From Camelus dromedarius (lineage: Eukaryota): a stretch of DNA of 64,000 nt. The translations under genes were made by a program, and so were the position numbers. The stretch spans positions 48,796,001 through 48,860,000 of the forward strand of contig NC_087437.1 of the NCBI RefSeq assembly GCF_036321535.1. The letters are read 5' to 3'. Numbering within the stretch: position 1 is the stretch's first letter; each line of letters opens with the position of its first letter. Below, one piece after another: positions 11,901-26,325 of this stretch. The notes beneath the pieces were generated by a model that worked only from the letters and a program-made list of their open reading frames with translations, ran no database searches and was not told where the DNA came from.

Positions 11901-14900
11901 AGTGGATCTGAGACCAGTTTTAACAGTGAAACCAGTATACCATGTTTTTTTTCATTTCCTTAATAGGGAGTTCTTTCTGTAACTGTTAACTGTATGCACC
12001 ATCCAGAAACATGACATGATTGTTTTATTGTTAAATTGCTTGATATAAAAGCTCCAGGAAGATTATGGTATATTTTTGGGGAGAGGAGTAGCTTTACTTC
12101 TGGCACAACTTTGGGTGCCTAGGAATACCTTACCTTAGTTTAGGAAGTTTCAACTCCTTCAGTTTGTAAATTGAGACTCATATTTAAAATTGCTTAGGTA
12201 AAGATGACCACCTGGATCTGGGAGCCCCTAAGTCAGGTTTGTAAACCTAATAGAGTTTCTTATCTACTTAAATGATACAGAAACACCATTTTCTCAATTC
12301 TTCCAAGGATTGTGCATAACTAGTATGATTCTAGATGCAGTCTAGAAGTTCACTACACAGTGCCTTAGTGATTGAGCTCTATTCTCTTAGAACTGTAGCT
12401 AATAGTTTGCTGTATTCACTTTTCTCTTTTTAATCCTGTAAAATGGATCATACATATGTAGAGTGCAAAAGCTGGATAGTAGATGATTCTCACTGTTAAC
12501 ATACTGATTTGAGGTATAAAGTAAGCGATGGGTAGGGATGTCTATATAGTTGAAAGCTGGATTTTAGAATCCAGGGAACAGGTTATTTTTTCTTTTGTAG
12601 ATTTGGGAAATTAGTGAAAGATCGCTATGATTTCATTGTATCTAGAAGCACAACAGCTGTTAAGAGGCACTAAGAAAGAAGAAATGTTGCCAGTTAATTT
12701 ATAACTGATAGCTTTATCTTTTAGAATTCTTGTAACATACTTGTTGAAAGATTATCTTTAAACCCATACATAAATGGAAAATAAAAGCAAAATGAATTGG
12801 TTAGAACATCTACACATTCAGATGCTTGTGTTTCTTCTTAGAATATCTTCCTTAGTGCCGTGGAGAGCATTGATGTTGCAAGCATACTTTAAAAGAGCTC
12901 TCCTCTATTATCTCTAGGATTTTCTTCCAAGAATTTTCACCCACTCTGCAAGTTTTGATGCTGGTGCTTTCTTGATTTTATCAGAAGGTGTCAACAGAAC
13001 AACCTTCTGGTAAGAAACCTTAGTCCTTTCTAAAATGATACTTCATTGGTTTGCTGAATAAACTATCAAAGGGTTTGCAGTCACGTACCACAGAAAAGTT
13101 CAAGCAAACCAAGTTTGAGCATGCTTAATAATGACATTTATATCCTGACTGCCATTCGGCTATCGGCTGTTCAGTTGTAAGAAGCATCCCTCATTTCAGG
13201 GATGTTAAATTGTTAGAATTGATGGGCTGGGAAGGTAGACTGGGGCTAGAGAATGAATCTCAATAAACTGGATAATTGGTCAAAGAATAACAAGTGATCA
13301 TTTTGCCAGTTCTTGAAAAGCAAAAACCTGAGGTGCATTTTGCATAAATTGTACTATTAACTTTTCCTTTCTCCTGGGTCATATTTATCTCATCACATTT
13401 ATCCACAGCAGTAAACTTTAACTGATGGAGTTGGGGAAAATGGAGCATTTACCGAGTCAGAGGAAAGGCCCTACAGGATAGAACAAATTGATCCCAATGT
13501 CTAATAAGTTATATATTAAATTTATTTTAATCAGTTTAATTTTAGAAATGCAGTGTTTTATCACAAGTTTGCTTCAGTAATTAAGCCATGGACTGTAATG
13601 CCTTAACATATTGGAAAAGGCATCTAAAATGTAGTTGTTAGTTCTGCCAAATAAATATTTTAAAAAATCTTTAAATTTCACTCCAGTGGTCTTGAGAAGA
13701 CTTACAAAAACAAAAACTTTGATAGAAGTATGAAAGCTAGAGTGGATCTTAAATTATGTAAGAATACTTGATCAGGTTTGAAGGAGGCAGTAATGTGAGT
13801 GTGAGAACTTTTTGGTTTTTACTTAAAAGGATAAATGTGAACTAGAGGTTTTGATTCCTGATGAATCCTTGCTTTTACAACTTGACATTATAGTTTTTAA
13901 AAATCTACACTCTAATTAGGAAGATTGTTCTGTTTCTTGATGGCCTTTTTTTTTGCTCAGTCTTTTGGCAATCAGCAAACTCTTCCAACAGGAATTTTGA
14001 AGCTTAAGAGTTAGTTTAGGGTGTAAGTCTCGAGTTTTTGGATCTGTTCTTCCACTTTAAACCTAACTTTGAGGATTCAAGCTGTCTGACTTCTGGTAGT
14101 AGTTCGCTGAGTATTAAGGATTTAAGTTTCTATTTCCCTCTTTATAAGGAATATAAATTTGGTGTGGTAATGAATTGCAATAACAGGTCATTAGTGGTTT
14201 TCTGAAAAATCTAAAGTAGAGGTAAATTTGAAATGATACTTTATAGTCAGAGGAATTTTTTTTAGAGTAGGATGATAACATTCTTACTGAGTTTAGTGGG
14301 CATGTTTTCAAAGGAATTCATGCATCTGTAGATTTCTAAGTTACCGCTCAAGCAAAGCCTCTGATAAATTGATCAGTATTTCAAACATAAGAATTTTAGT
14401 TTATTTAACCTCAGTCCATGTTTTGGACAAGATAGCTGCCTTTCCAGTTTAGATTTTGAATTAGATTTTTAATGTTTTTGTTCTGGGACTTTGCCTTACA
14501 TAGGCTTTTTAGGAAAAAGCCTTTTCTTCAAAATAGAGTTGCGACCAGACTTAACCTTTTGGAGTTTAAAGCTGCAAACTGGCAAAAGCATTTTATTATC
14601 AAATTGAAAATGATTTAATGAAAAGAGTTCAGACAGAAGATGAGGTTTTAAATTCAGCATTTATAACTTCAGGAATAAAACTGTGGTGCTGTAAGGATGT
14701 GTATGGTTTCAGCTTTCCTTTCTCTTAACACGAGGGATCTGGTAGGTCTGTAAAAGAAATTGTCTTTATCTTCAGTCTTTCCCACAGCCAGGGTCCATGA
14801 TTCGTCTGTTCTGATTTTTAGCTATATAATCTCAAGTCTTTCAATTTGCGAAATACATTCATACCATGTTTCTTTCTGCTTAACCAATAGAATTTTTTTC

Positions 14901-17900
14901 GCCTATGACTACCCTCCACAAGTTAAAAAACCTTCTATTTTTAGCTGTAGTGTTCTGTAACTTCAAAACTGTACGTCCAAGTTAGGGAGATATCTTGAAG
15001 TGCACCTTGTTCTTTGCACAGGTCATTATAAGCTCCCACATCAGGATTGTCAAACACCTTATAAAATGTTTTTTAAAATGAGGTTGATCTTCTGATAAGA
15101 GTCTACAAGAAATGTATGAAATGTGAAGAGAAAAGTATAGAATGAATATGTAACATTTTAAAGAGAATTTATATATTAGTAAAATTACAATCTATTTTTT
15201 TCTGTGAATTACCATTCATAGTTCATACCCAGTGTTACCTTCTCTTAACTCACCTGAGAATATTATAAATTGAGAATTCAATTCTGTTGTGTGTTGTTTT
15301 CCTCTTTCCCTTTTACCTTTTCTTTCCCTTTCCTTTTTTGGTATGTAACACCACGTATTGATCATATTTGGCTTTTAGGTAGTATAAATTTATCAAACTT
15401 TTGGTTTGTGGCTTTTGGGTTTTGATTTTTGGTTAGAGAAGCCTTCTTTAATCTGAGGTTATAAATAATTTACTTAAGCTTTCTCCTGGAGTCTTTGATC
15501 CATTGGTTTTATTGTTGGTGAAGACATCAATTTCTATTTTTCCAAATAATTATCTAAATGTTCCAGTACCATTTAAAAATAATCATTTTTTTCCCCGTTT
15601 GTAATTTCTTAAAAGATTTAGACCTATTTTTAGGATCTATGTTCTATTAAAATATCTTTTTTGTTTTGATTATTGTAGCTTTAAAATAAACTTTAGTATT
15701 TGGTATGGATAATGTTTTGTTATCTGCTACCCCCATTTAAAAATTTCCTTTTTGAGTGCCTTGTTTTCAAAATAGACTTTGGTTTAATTTTATTAAGGTT
15801 ATTCCTTATTCCCCCAACAGAATTATATACTCCCTTAATACTTCAGTGGGATCTCATTTAGAGGCATTTTGAGATTTTTACAATATCAAGACCTAAGAAT
15901 GTGATGGGTGTTTACATTTTCCTAAATATTCTATTTATACTCATTAGTCAAGTTTCAGAGATTTCTGCACATAGGTCCTGCACATTTTGTGTGTATGTGT
16001 GTTGTTATTGAGGGCATTTCTAGGCCTTTATTTTTTGATGGCTGTTGTTAGTAGAATATTTTTTGTCTGTTTTATTTTCTAGCTTCTTATTTTTAGCTAC
16101 TTGATTATTGGTTAACTTGACACATTACTGAACCTTAGAGTGTCTTTTTAAAGTTTTTATGTTTAGGCTAGGTTGATTTTGAGAAAACAGTTCTTCAAAT
16201 GGTGCTTCCAGTGCTTAGGGATTCCTGCTATTCCCTCCATCCCCTCCCTTACTCCTAATTTATAGATGATTTATGGCATTCCTGGACTTTTGCTATATGA
16301 TGCTCTATTTGTTACTTTGTCAGGGATAGCATTCTAAGATATTTTGATTGCACTTTATGTATGTTAAAGTGCCTTATTACCTATCAATCATTATTTTAAA
16401 TTATAGTGAAGAGTTTGAAACATAAGTATGTATCAGACTGTGTTAATGAACAAATTAAAGGGCCATTTTATGATGGCTTGGAATCTTCCATGTTTGCATA
16501 TGTATGGGAAAGAGAAAAATATCAAAGGATTTCTTTTGAGAAATACGGGTTCTGGGCTACATGAGTGTGAATAGGAAGATACCCAAAGGTTGGACTAGCA
16601 GGGCATGAGTTATGCAGACTTAAAGTCATAAAGTCCCCTTAGCCTTGTGCAGGCAAATTCTTGCCATTGTTATTGGGTGTCTCCCTGGTCCTCACATACT
16701 TTGGCAAAGACCTAACTCTGCCATTTTGCATCTCTTTACTATATAGGGAACTACAGTCACTCTAGTGACTGGAAAAGTGTTGACTGTGTCCTGCATCAAA
16801 TGGACTCAAATTTTCTAGAGATCTAACCATCAGAAGCCCCTTATACCTAGAATCTAGAGTTTGGGGATGTTTTCTAATTGTTCACTACAGTTCAAGTATA
16901 CTTAAAGGAGTGGGTGTCAGGTTTTTACTTTATTCAGTCTCATGCCTGAAGGATACTAGCAATATGAGTAGGTTCCAGAGCTGTATTTTTTCTTAAAGTG
17001 TGCACCCAAACAAAGCTGATGCTGATTTTTGTGGTGGAAGTAAAGTAGAAGTGGGGAGAGATACAAACACTGATTTTTAGATAGAAAAAAAGATTTTTAT
17101 TATAACGAAGAGTAGACTCTCCCAGTGACTTGGAGCTCTGATATGAACTTATCCATGGTGCAAGTTACACAGAAATGATTAATTAATGTAACAGCCCAAA
17201 CTCTGAAAGTTGTTTGTGAAGGACCAGAAGAATGTTAGTGAAAGTTTTAATATGACTAACCTCTGATGAATAGATGTTTTACTCTTAATATTTATGAACT
17301 TGGTAAATCTCAGTTTATGAAATATTCCTTAGAAATGGCACGAGTATAATACAGATAGATTTACTGGTGACATAACTATGAAAGTGTTGACCAATATGAT
17401 TGCTGAAATTACATGGACTAGTAGAAATAGAGAAGCTGGCCAGGAAGTCATTGTTACAGCAGTATCAGATTATCAGCGCTTAAACTATGTGATAGCTCTT
17501 AATTTTAAGCTTTGAGAGGAGAAAGGAACAAAAAATGTCTTCAGAAATAAAAGGCAAGAGCTACTGTAGCACTCTTGAAAGGAAGGTGTCTTTAAGGTTA
17601 GGCCGTACACTAGGATATTTGCATTGAAATATCTGGTAGCACACAAATAAATCGATAACAAGCATTTGGAGCTGGAGAGAGAGCAAGGCCAAATTACAGA
17701 ATCATACAATTGAGTAACACATGTGGGAGGAGGGTGCTGGGAAACTAGATTTATGAGTTATATACTGTATGATTGGTGATCCTACATTATTAAAGAAAAT
17801 AAAATGATTTTATTTTCAGCCCCATCTGTTACCTTCTCTCCAAGACTTTGTATCTTCAGTTCCAAAGATTTTCTAGGATGATAGTGCCAATCTGCTTGCT

Positions 17901-18449
17901 TTTTGGTTTTTCCACCACCAATTTGTTTTATAGTCTTTGGTTTGCTGATTTGCTTAAAATAATGTCTGACACGCAGTAAGCATTTATATGTTGGTAATTG
18001 CTGCTTTTTAAATTACTGTTATTCCTTTTCTGCTTTATAAATTTCCCAAATTTTACTGTAAGTTTTTCCTCTTTGGTTTTTTTTTTTTTTTCCCTTGTAG
18101 GGTTATGCCTTAAAATTCTTTTAGTAGTAGTTAATAGACTTTTGGGAGGAGATGAAGTAAACAGATGTATTTATTTTTATCATGTTTTAACCAGGTACTG
18201 CAAATATGTGTGTCTATTTAGCTAGTTTTTAGTGCACATTATGAAAGTCTAGTGTGATAGTTGTTTTAGAAACGTATTTACTAAGTACCTAGTGGTTCAG
18301 TTTGTAAGCATTTGACTAAGGTTGAGAACTTTGCAGTTCTGATTGACAGTAATGTACAGTGTCATTTGATGCCAGTTGTGATCACAGAAGTGCAAGGACT
18401 GCTTGCCCAAGATTACATAGTGATGGAGCAAGGACTTGAACAACAATTA

Positions 18450-18639
18450 CAGTTGGTCCTTGGTATCCACATTTGCAGATTCAGCCAACTGTGGGTTGAA
18501 CCCATGGATATGGAGGGTCAGGTGTACCACACCATTTTATATAAGGGACTTGAGCATCCTTGGATTTTGGTGTCTGCTGGGAGTGAGAGGGTATTGAGAG
18601 TCCTGGAACCAGTCTTCTGTGGATACTGAGGGATGACTG
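18450..18639 (-). mobile_element. TcMar-Tigger MITE, MER2-like, internally deleted
   Basis: TA|cagttggtccttggtatcc ... ggatactgagggatgactg|TA inverted termini; internal ccattttatataagggacttgagcatcc. Confidence 0.8.
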
Positions 18640-19402
18640 TATTCTACATCCAAGTCATTTGCTCCTCCTTTAATATGTCAGATCTTATGGTTCCTTTCAG
18701 CTGTATTAATCAAATGAAGATAGAATAAAAAGACTAGATTCAAAATTAATGTTAGGGCTAGAAAATGACCACTGATTTTTATTGAGAATCCATATTCATT
18801 CCAAAATGTTTCTGAGGCAGTATACTCATTACGGCTCAGTTTTTATTAAGCTAAGGAGAAAGAGAAGTTGGTAGGAAAAATGCATAATTTAAAGGTAAGG
18901 TTAGCATTCAAAATGTAGTCATTCCTTTTATTAAAGGTGAGCTATAATTTAATATTTATAACACTGGTAAACATTAATTATTTTACTTAATTTTTATAAT
19001 TCCATGAGGTAGGAAATAGTAATGGACTGTTAGGTTAAAGCTATGCTCAATAATACATAAGTGATACAGCCTGGGATGTGAATCCTGGCAGCCTGAACTC
19101 TTAGTCCAAGTACTAAATACTGCCTCACCCAGTTTGAGTCTTGACTAATACCTGTGATGTTTCAGGGATGTGCATTTGTTTTTCCTAATTCTGAGGTAGG
19201 TGATATTATGTGAAAACTGAGGTTAAGTAACTTCCAGGGTCATACATCTCACAAATGATGGAGATGGAAATCAGACCTAGATCAGCCTAATTCCAAACTC
19301 TGGTTTGTTATCAGTCCATGTTGTCTTTGTACCTCTAATATAGCCTTTTAGAGTTAACGTAACATTTAATTGAGTATTGATATTCTTCTAATTTTTTTAC
19401 AG

Positions 19403-19455
19403 GGATTTATCAAAGATGTTCATGAAGACTCCCTCACAGTTGTTTTTGAGAACAA
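19403..19455 (+). CDS. FXR1: FXR1 exon 2 (GFIKDVHEDSLTVVFEN..)
   Basis: ttttttacag|GGA ... AA|gtaagt; 53 nt. Confidence 0.98.
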
Positions 19456-20918
19456 GTAAGTTATTTTTTATTGATAGAGATCTTAATTTTAAAGATTGGT
19501 AGTGCAAAACTGTTGGTTTTTGACTGTTCCTATTGCCAGTAGACAATGAGTTGGCTTTTGGGTGAGACTCTTTGATGGTTTGATCATTTTAAGAGTTTAT
19601 GCAATTTTAGTTTTGGTAATTTCACCTGTTTTTCTGCCCACAATTCACTTGTCTCTTTTTCCGTGACACTTTTCTTTGTTAGATCACATGTGGACATGAA
19701 TTAGTAAGTGGTTTTTGCAAAGATAGATGGCACAAATGGGATTTATATCATATGCTTAGTTCTTAAAAACCCAGAATTTTGAAACGATGTTGTTAGAAGG
19801 CTTTCCAAGTGACTACTGATAGAATAAGTATTAGTCTGCCTTTAACTGCTTGCTTATTAATTTTACAGATTTTGTAAAGATTAGGTAAAAATGTGAAAGA
19901 CATGGATAGGAAGCATTATGAAGGAGTACTGTATAATTGAAGGTCAGAAAAGAACTGGTCAACTTTTTGCTTTTAAGCTACTTCTGGAGCTGCCTGAAAA
20001 GAAATATGCCCAACAGCTGTTTCATGTAGAAACAAATGTTGAGATGATTTCTGTATTTGAGCAGGTGCCATTTAGACAGTAAAGATGAAAAGAAAAAGCA
20101 TTCATGTCTTTTACTTGTCTAGCATTTTGCCCAACGTTGGCACATAGAAGCTGTAGGAATATTTTACGTGCTGGGGTACCTCCCAGGCATATAAATGACC
20201 TTTTAGGACTTAAAGTAGGGAAGAATTTTAACTTTATCAACTTAACCGTATAAAATACAAATTAAACAACAGCTAAATAAGTAGCTTTAATACATTCATA
20301 TTTGCTACGAAGATTTAAAGTAAGCTTTTTGTAAGTTTTAATTATAATGTATGTGTTATGTGTTCATTGTAGAAAAGATAAATTCTGTGTAAGAAAATGA
20401 AATATTTTATAAATCAACTGTTCAAAATAATTGAGTAGTTTTCTTTATTTCTGTGAACATGTACACCAGAAAGGAATTAAGCAGTTTATGTTGTTTTATA
20501 ATCTCTGAGATTGTGTTCCTTTGACAGTTTGTAAAGTTGTAAAAGTGTTTGCAGTAAGTTGATCCCATTGCAGCAGTGTAGAAATGACATTATTTTGAAT
20601 CTCAATCATTACTGTGAACTTAGCCTGTTTCATTTGCAGAATAATGTATGTACTGTTACCTTAGGGTGAGTAATTTGGAAGGTATTACATAATTATCATC
20701 AGTGATGTTAAACTTCATCAAGTAATACAGAGTCTGTTCGACCTCAACAAACTAATTATTGGGAGAAAGATTTAATACGGAGGTTGATTTTCTTTTGGGA
20801 AAGCTAAATGATTGATTTGAAAAATATACAGCACTAACTATAGACTATATAGCTTTCATGTTAGGTGCTATTAGAATAATATATTTTAACATTGGTAATT
20901 CATTTTCTAATCCTTTAG

Positions 20919-21012
20919 TTGGCAACCAGAACGCCAGGTTCCATTTAATGAAGTTAGATTACCACCACCACCTGATATAAAAAAAGAAATTAGTGAAGGA
21001 GATGAAGTAGAG
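20919..21012 (+). CDS. FXR1: FXR1 exon 3 ([31 protein letters not shown])
   Basis: cctttag|T ... GAG|gtatgt; 94 nt. Confidence 0.98.
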
Positions 21013-24000
21013 GTATGTATTTGTAAGTTTATTTTCTTGTGTGCCTATTTTTGTTTTGTTTTAAATAAATATTCTTGTAGGAAAATCTGTTTAGTTGAGA
21101 GAGAATAAATCTAATTCCTTTATTCTGTTCTTTTTAATTGGTAATGGCTGTGTCATGTAGCAATGCTTGAGTTTTGGAGTCAGAACTGAGATGTCTCAGC
21201 TCTACCATTTTTAGCTTTGTAGCCCTTGTCAGATTTCTTCACTACTAAAACAAAAATAATTTGAGAGTTAAATATGATAGGGGTTTGAGTTACTTTGCAC
21301 AGAATCTGGCAGAGAACTATATACGTTGGTCATTATTTTTCTTCTTTTTGCTAATTTTGTCTTTTTCCTCAGTATCTTTGTAAAAATAGTTATTTATTGT
21401 AGTGATCAATAATATAGTTCATTTGTAACAACATGAAATATTGTAATTAGTGTATTGCCTTGTTGACAATTCTGGGAATTTTCAGAAAAATTTGAAAGGA
21501 AAAACAAAAAGGAAAAACCAAAAATCACTGCCCAGATATAAAAAACGCATTTCTTGATTTACATATCTATCCCTAGGCTCTTCTTCCTCCTTTTAAAAAT
21601 AAAAATACTCCTGCTTTGTATTGTGCTTTTTTCACACTTGGTAGATCTTGGATGTCTGTCTACAATATGTTAATATTTTTGATTAATAACGCCTGCTGTT
21701 TTGTAAAAAGAAGCTTGGAAATAATTATCAAACAGAAGTATAATGAGTTTGTTGGAGATAGGAAATTTGATTTTTGATTTTCAAGAGATTGATAACTCCG
21801 AGGAGCTCAAATGTGCTAAATATATTTCTCATAAGGAGTTGGCTTGGTAATATTGAAAGAGATTTTTAAATCTCATTTGTACTAGTTTATGTAGGCTGGG
21901 GTAGGAGAATTGGGGGCATAGGAGAATCTTTAGTGTTGAAATTATAAACACTTAACAGTACATACTCTGTGCCAGACACTGTTCTGAGTACTTGGTAGAT
22001 GAACTCATTTAGTTACCTGCCACTTTTATTCTTCGTTATTGCTTTAATGTTACATTTTGTTTGAGTTCTCATTAATTGTAGATGTTAGGCTAGGAAACCA
22101 AATTGTAGGACTTTAACCCCTAACAACTTGAAATCACATTCTAAAATCCTGCCTAAATTTTAATTACCTGCTCTAAGTTTATTGAAGTCTTCTGCTTTTG
22201 CTAAATCAAAGCATGTTGTAACTTAATTGTGTCAGGGCTCCATGAGCCCACTCCCTAGTATTACAGCTTTCAAGTTTACTTTTTTCTTTTATAGTTGATT
22301 AACACCAAAAATGGATACTAAGAATTTTTTTGTGAAGAGACCTTTAACTGTAATCTAGGTGTTTTGTGTATTTGTGTCCTTGAGGGAAATGTCACTGATG
22401 ATACGGGAAGATTTGGGGAAATAATATGGCAAAGTGACTACTGAATATTAATTAGTACTGGGGGTACTTGATGGGTGCTATGAATTGTAACAGTGATGCT
22501 GCTGATTACTGTTCCATATTCACTTGGGCTTTAGACTCCAGTGATAATGTTTTTCTTAATATTATATCCTTTTCTAATCAACATCTTACTGTGAGGATGG
22601 ATAAAAGAGCTTGATTTGTTTTCATTTTTTAAAGTTTATTTCCATTTTAGAAAGTTTTTTCTTCTGGAATTATGAGTCAGGTCAGGCAAGGAATGACTTA
22701 GTTTTGAAAATGCTAGAATTAGAAATGTATGTGGTCAATTCTGAGAGTAGTGCTTTTCATACTTTTAATAATTGTTCAGACAGTTACTAGTAGTATAAAG
22801 GTTCAGATTAGAGGAAAAAGTTGGTGGAGTGCTGAGGGTGTTATTTATAGTATGCTTTCCCCAGTCTCAGTCTGGGAAGGTCCTGTCCAGTTCCTGGACC
22901 ACCTTTGTGACTTGCCTCCCCAGTTGTGTATATAACATTGAATGATTTGGAAATGGATGATTACAGAGTGTTTTATTTCACTTTCTGTTTTATGGTTCAG
23001 TCTTGGTGAAATTTGCTCCTTAAAATTGTGAGAATTATGATCTGGAATTAAGATGTTATTCTTGCTTTTGAAATTTTTGAAAATTCACGTAAGTCTAATC
23101 TTGCCACCTGTGGATTGATTGACATGCCACCATCATTTAGGAATTTATCCAAACGACATTGAATGTTAAGGTATTCTGTTATTTAGTGCTTTTTGTTTTG
23201 AGCCCAGTGACTTTATGTTAAGTCCTCCCCTTTAAATTCAAAGTAATAAAGCTTAATGTAGGAAAAGAAATGATACAGAGTTATATGAAGTAACAAGTGA
23301 ACCTTCCCTCTTAGAGTATTTAAAATTTCAGTGGAACATTTTGTCTTCCAAAAATGCTTTTTCAATTACCAATTCCTAATTTTGCTAACACATGAAGATG
23401 TTTGTTTCCTCATAGACTGACTTGCTGAATTATTATTAATCTGTAAAATTTTATAAACATGATAGAAGAAAGCTGTTACCTTCTGGGTCTTCTGAATCTT
23501 TATCACTAGGGATATAAAATGTCTTAAATTGTTTATTGGCTGTTAGCCCCATGTTCTGTTGATTGTGTTTTTATTTTTTGTCCATGTAGGCTTTTTTTTT
23601 TTGGTCCATGTAGTTTTTGATGTAGGAAATGTTTGCATTTTATGGGAAAGTTTTTTATCTGTTATGTATTGTGTTTTCTCTCAGGCAGTCATTAAAAAAC
23701 TGCTTAGTGGCTTGTAAAGTTATATTTTTGCTCAGATCTGCCAATTTTTTCTTTGTGGCCTCCAAGATAATCCATTTTAGTATTTCTACGGATGTTGGCT
23801 TTTTTTTTTTTTTAGAGTATTTAGATTTTTGATATAACTTGATTCTTTTCTCCAGGGAAATTTATTGACTAGTATATATTTTTTAAAATTGTCATTGGCC
23901 GTTGTTCTCTTTCTGCTAGTCACAAATACTGTAATAGCAGTGATAACAGCTGACATTTGTATAACACTAACCTATATAATATATAACTAACTGGCTTTTT

Positions 24001-25904
24001 AAACACATTATCTCAGTTTGACATAACAGTCTCTTGAAGGCCTCTTCTAAACTCTGAATACTTTATTAACCTTTTAAGTCATATAGCCTGAAGGTTGGGA
24101 AGCCGATAACCAGTTTTAGTTTTTGTCCTAAATACTATTCTCTTTAATATGTCATGTTGTATTCACAGGGTGTTGTCACTTTTGTGTCAGACTCCTGACT
24201 TGTTCTTTTGCAGCTCTAGGAACCTTTTCTCTTTGAAAGAGGAAGAGGTGACTTTGATTTGGCCATTAGTAATTGATTTAGAACACAAATGATCCAGGAA
24301 AGAGCTTTTCATTGAGCTCTTCAGGCGTTTATCTAAAGTTCGGCCATGTGAAATATCTTTTCTTTTTGTAGGTCAGGAATGGTTGAACATTGACGATTTT
24401 TCATGGTTTACTTTAAAATTCTATTACTTTGAAAACATATTTGGCTGCTTCAGGTTTGCTTTCCAGCCCACTTAGGGGGCTCCTGTGAAATTATAAAACA
24501 TAAATTTGTGTCATGGTGTAGTAATGGCTTCAAGAAGACATTATATGATTTGTAATAGAAAGTTGGTTTTGAAAAGTCTTAAGATTCAAAGTTTATTTTT
24601 AAATCTAATTAGTGGCTTTTTATTTGATTTCTTAAAAAATGGTAGCATTATATTTTAAAATCTTTATATTATTTAATATGATTAAATTTTTTGGTAAGTG
24701 TTTTCTTGACTGTTGTTTGCTAACTGAAGATTGCTAGGAAAATAATGCTTACCTTGTAAAGCTGGAGCAATGGGAAAATGAAGAGTTCTTTAGATTCTCT
24801 TGAGCTGGATATATAACTTTCTGAGATAGTGTAAGGGCAGTAGAAACATTTTTTTTCTCCAGTGATTTCACATGTGGGATGCTTTGTCTTTATAAGAAAC
24901 CTGACTTACTCAGCAAGTTAATATACACACACACATGTTACATAGGAAGCTTTATGTATCAGCCCAAGCTGATACATAATTTTATAAGACAAAAAATTTT
25001 CTTCTTGATTTTAACATATTTGATACTAAAAACTTTTTTTTTCCTGAATTGTGATGTTTTCTGGTTAAAATAGGGATTGGCAAGTTTTTGTTCTTGGACA
25101 TATGCCTTTTCTTCCATCTTTTATAGTAGATAGTCAGACGTTATAGTTATACATGTTTATAATTTAGTTATAACATTGGGATAGATCCCTTGAGAGAAAT
25201 TAGGTAAAGGGAATAAGAATAATTTGAGAAAGGATACTCCCTTACCTTACGGTTTTTAAATTTAATATTTTACTTATTTAAAAAAGTATGATATACTTGT
25301 ATAGTTTACATCTTATCTTTAAAAATGTTTGATTCTTGGAACCAGTCTGGAAATTTTAGCTGTTTGTAGTTAAAGTTGTCTCTCACATAACACCAAGTCC
25401 ATTTTTAGTCTTACTGCATAGAAATGCTCATACATTAAAAAAATGGCAAACATATTCTTTTCTATTACTTATATCTTCCTCTTTTTGGGAATGGCCGGTT
25501 TCCAAGACTTAGGAAACCCATTTGTTAAAGTACCAGCCTCAAATGCTAATGAAGTAATACTATTTGTGTAAATAGATAAATTACATTAGTGTATCCTAGA
25601 TGTTAAGCTTGCTTTCATCATGTACAATTTCTGTTTCTTCATTGATTGTAATGAGATGAAATAGTGAATATGGGGTAACTGCTAAATAAATTTATTTCAT
25701 GTAGTTGTAAAATAGGTCGTTATGATTCCATATTCAGTTTAATGCTTAACATTATTTAGAATTTGGTAAAAATTGGTTAAAAATTCTCTACTGCTGGTGT
25801 TCTTGTCTCAATTGGTTGTAACTTTGAAAGGCATATTGAACATTAACTTGAATGAAAAGTTGATAACATTAGGATCCAGACTGGAATTATGTCTTTTTTT
25901 TAAA

Positions 25905-26325
25905 TTAAAATTAAAAAAAAAATTTTTATTGACGTATAGTCAGCTTACAATGTTGTGACAATTCCTGGTGTACAGCACAATGCTTCAGTCATATAGGAAC
26001 ATACTTATATTTGTTTTCATATTCTTTTTCACCATAAGTTACTACTACAAGATACTGAATATAGTTTCCTATGCTATACAGTATAAACTTATTTATCTAT
26101 TTTATATGTAGTAGTTAGTGTCTGCAATTTTTTTTTTTTTTTTAAGTAGAGATGCTGGGGATTGAACCCAAGACCTCATGCATGCTAAGCATGCACTCTA
26201 CCATTGAGCGATCGACCCACCCCCCAGTGTCTGCAAATCTTGAATTCTCATTGTATCCTTTCCCACCCCCTTCCTCTCTTGGTAACCATAAATTTGTTTT
26301 CTGTGTCTGTGAGTCTGTTTCTCCA
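25905..26325 (-). mobile_element. 5'-truncated L1 3' end, interrupted by a SINE
   Basis: tttttattgacgtatagt..ttacaatgttg ... ggtaaccataaatttgttttctgtgtctgtgagtctgtttct is a typical laurasiatherian L1 3'UTR in antisense. Confidence 0.85.
26128..26225 (-). mobile_element. tRNA-derived SINE (Vic-1-like) nested in L1
   Basis: Poly-T followed by ggggattgaaccc...catgctaagcatgcactctacc; perfect 11-bp TSD agtgtctgcaa at 26117-26127 and 26226-26236. Confidence 0.92.

Noticed and set aside
18312..18629. 105-aa ORF in intron 1
   Set aside because: Overlaps a MER2-like MITE, starts at TTG and has no protein-like features.
23580..23613. gtccatgtag repeated around a T-run
   Set aside because: Either a slippage duplication or a tiny poly(A) insertion; too small to interpret.
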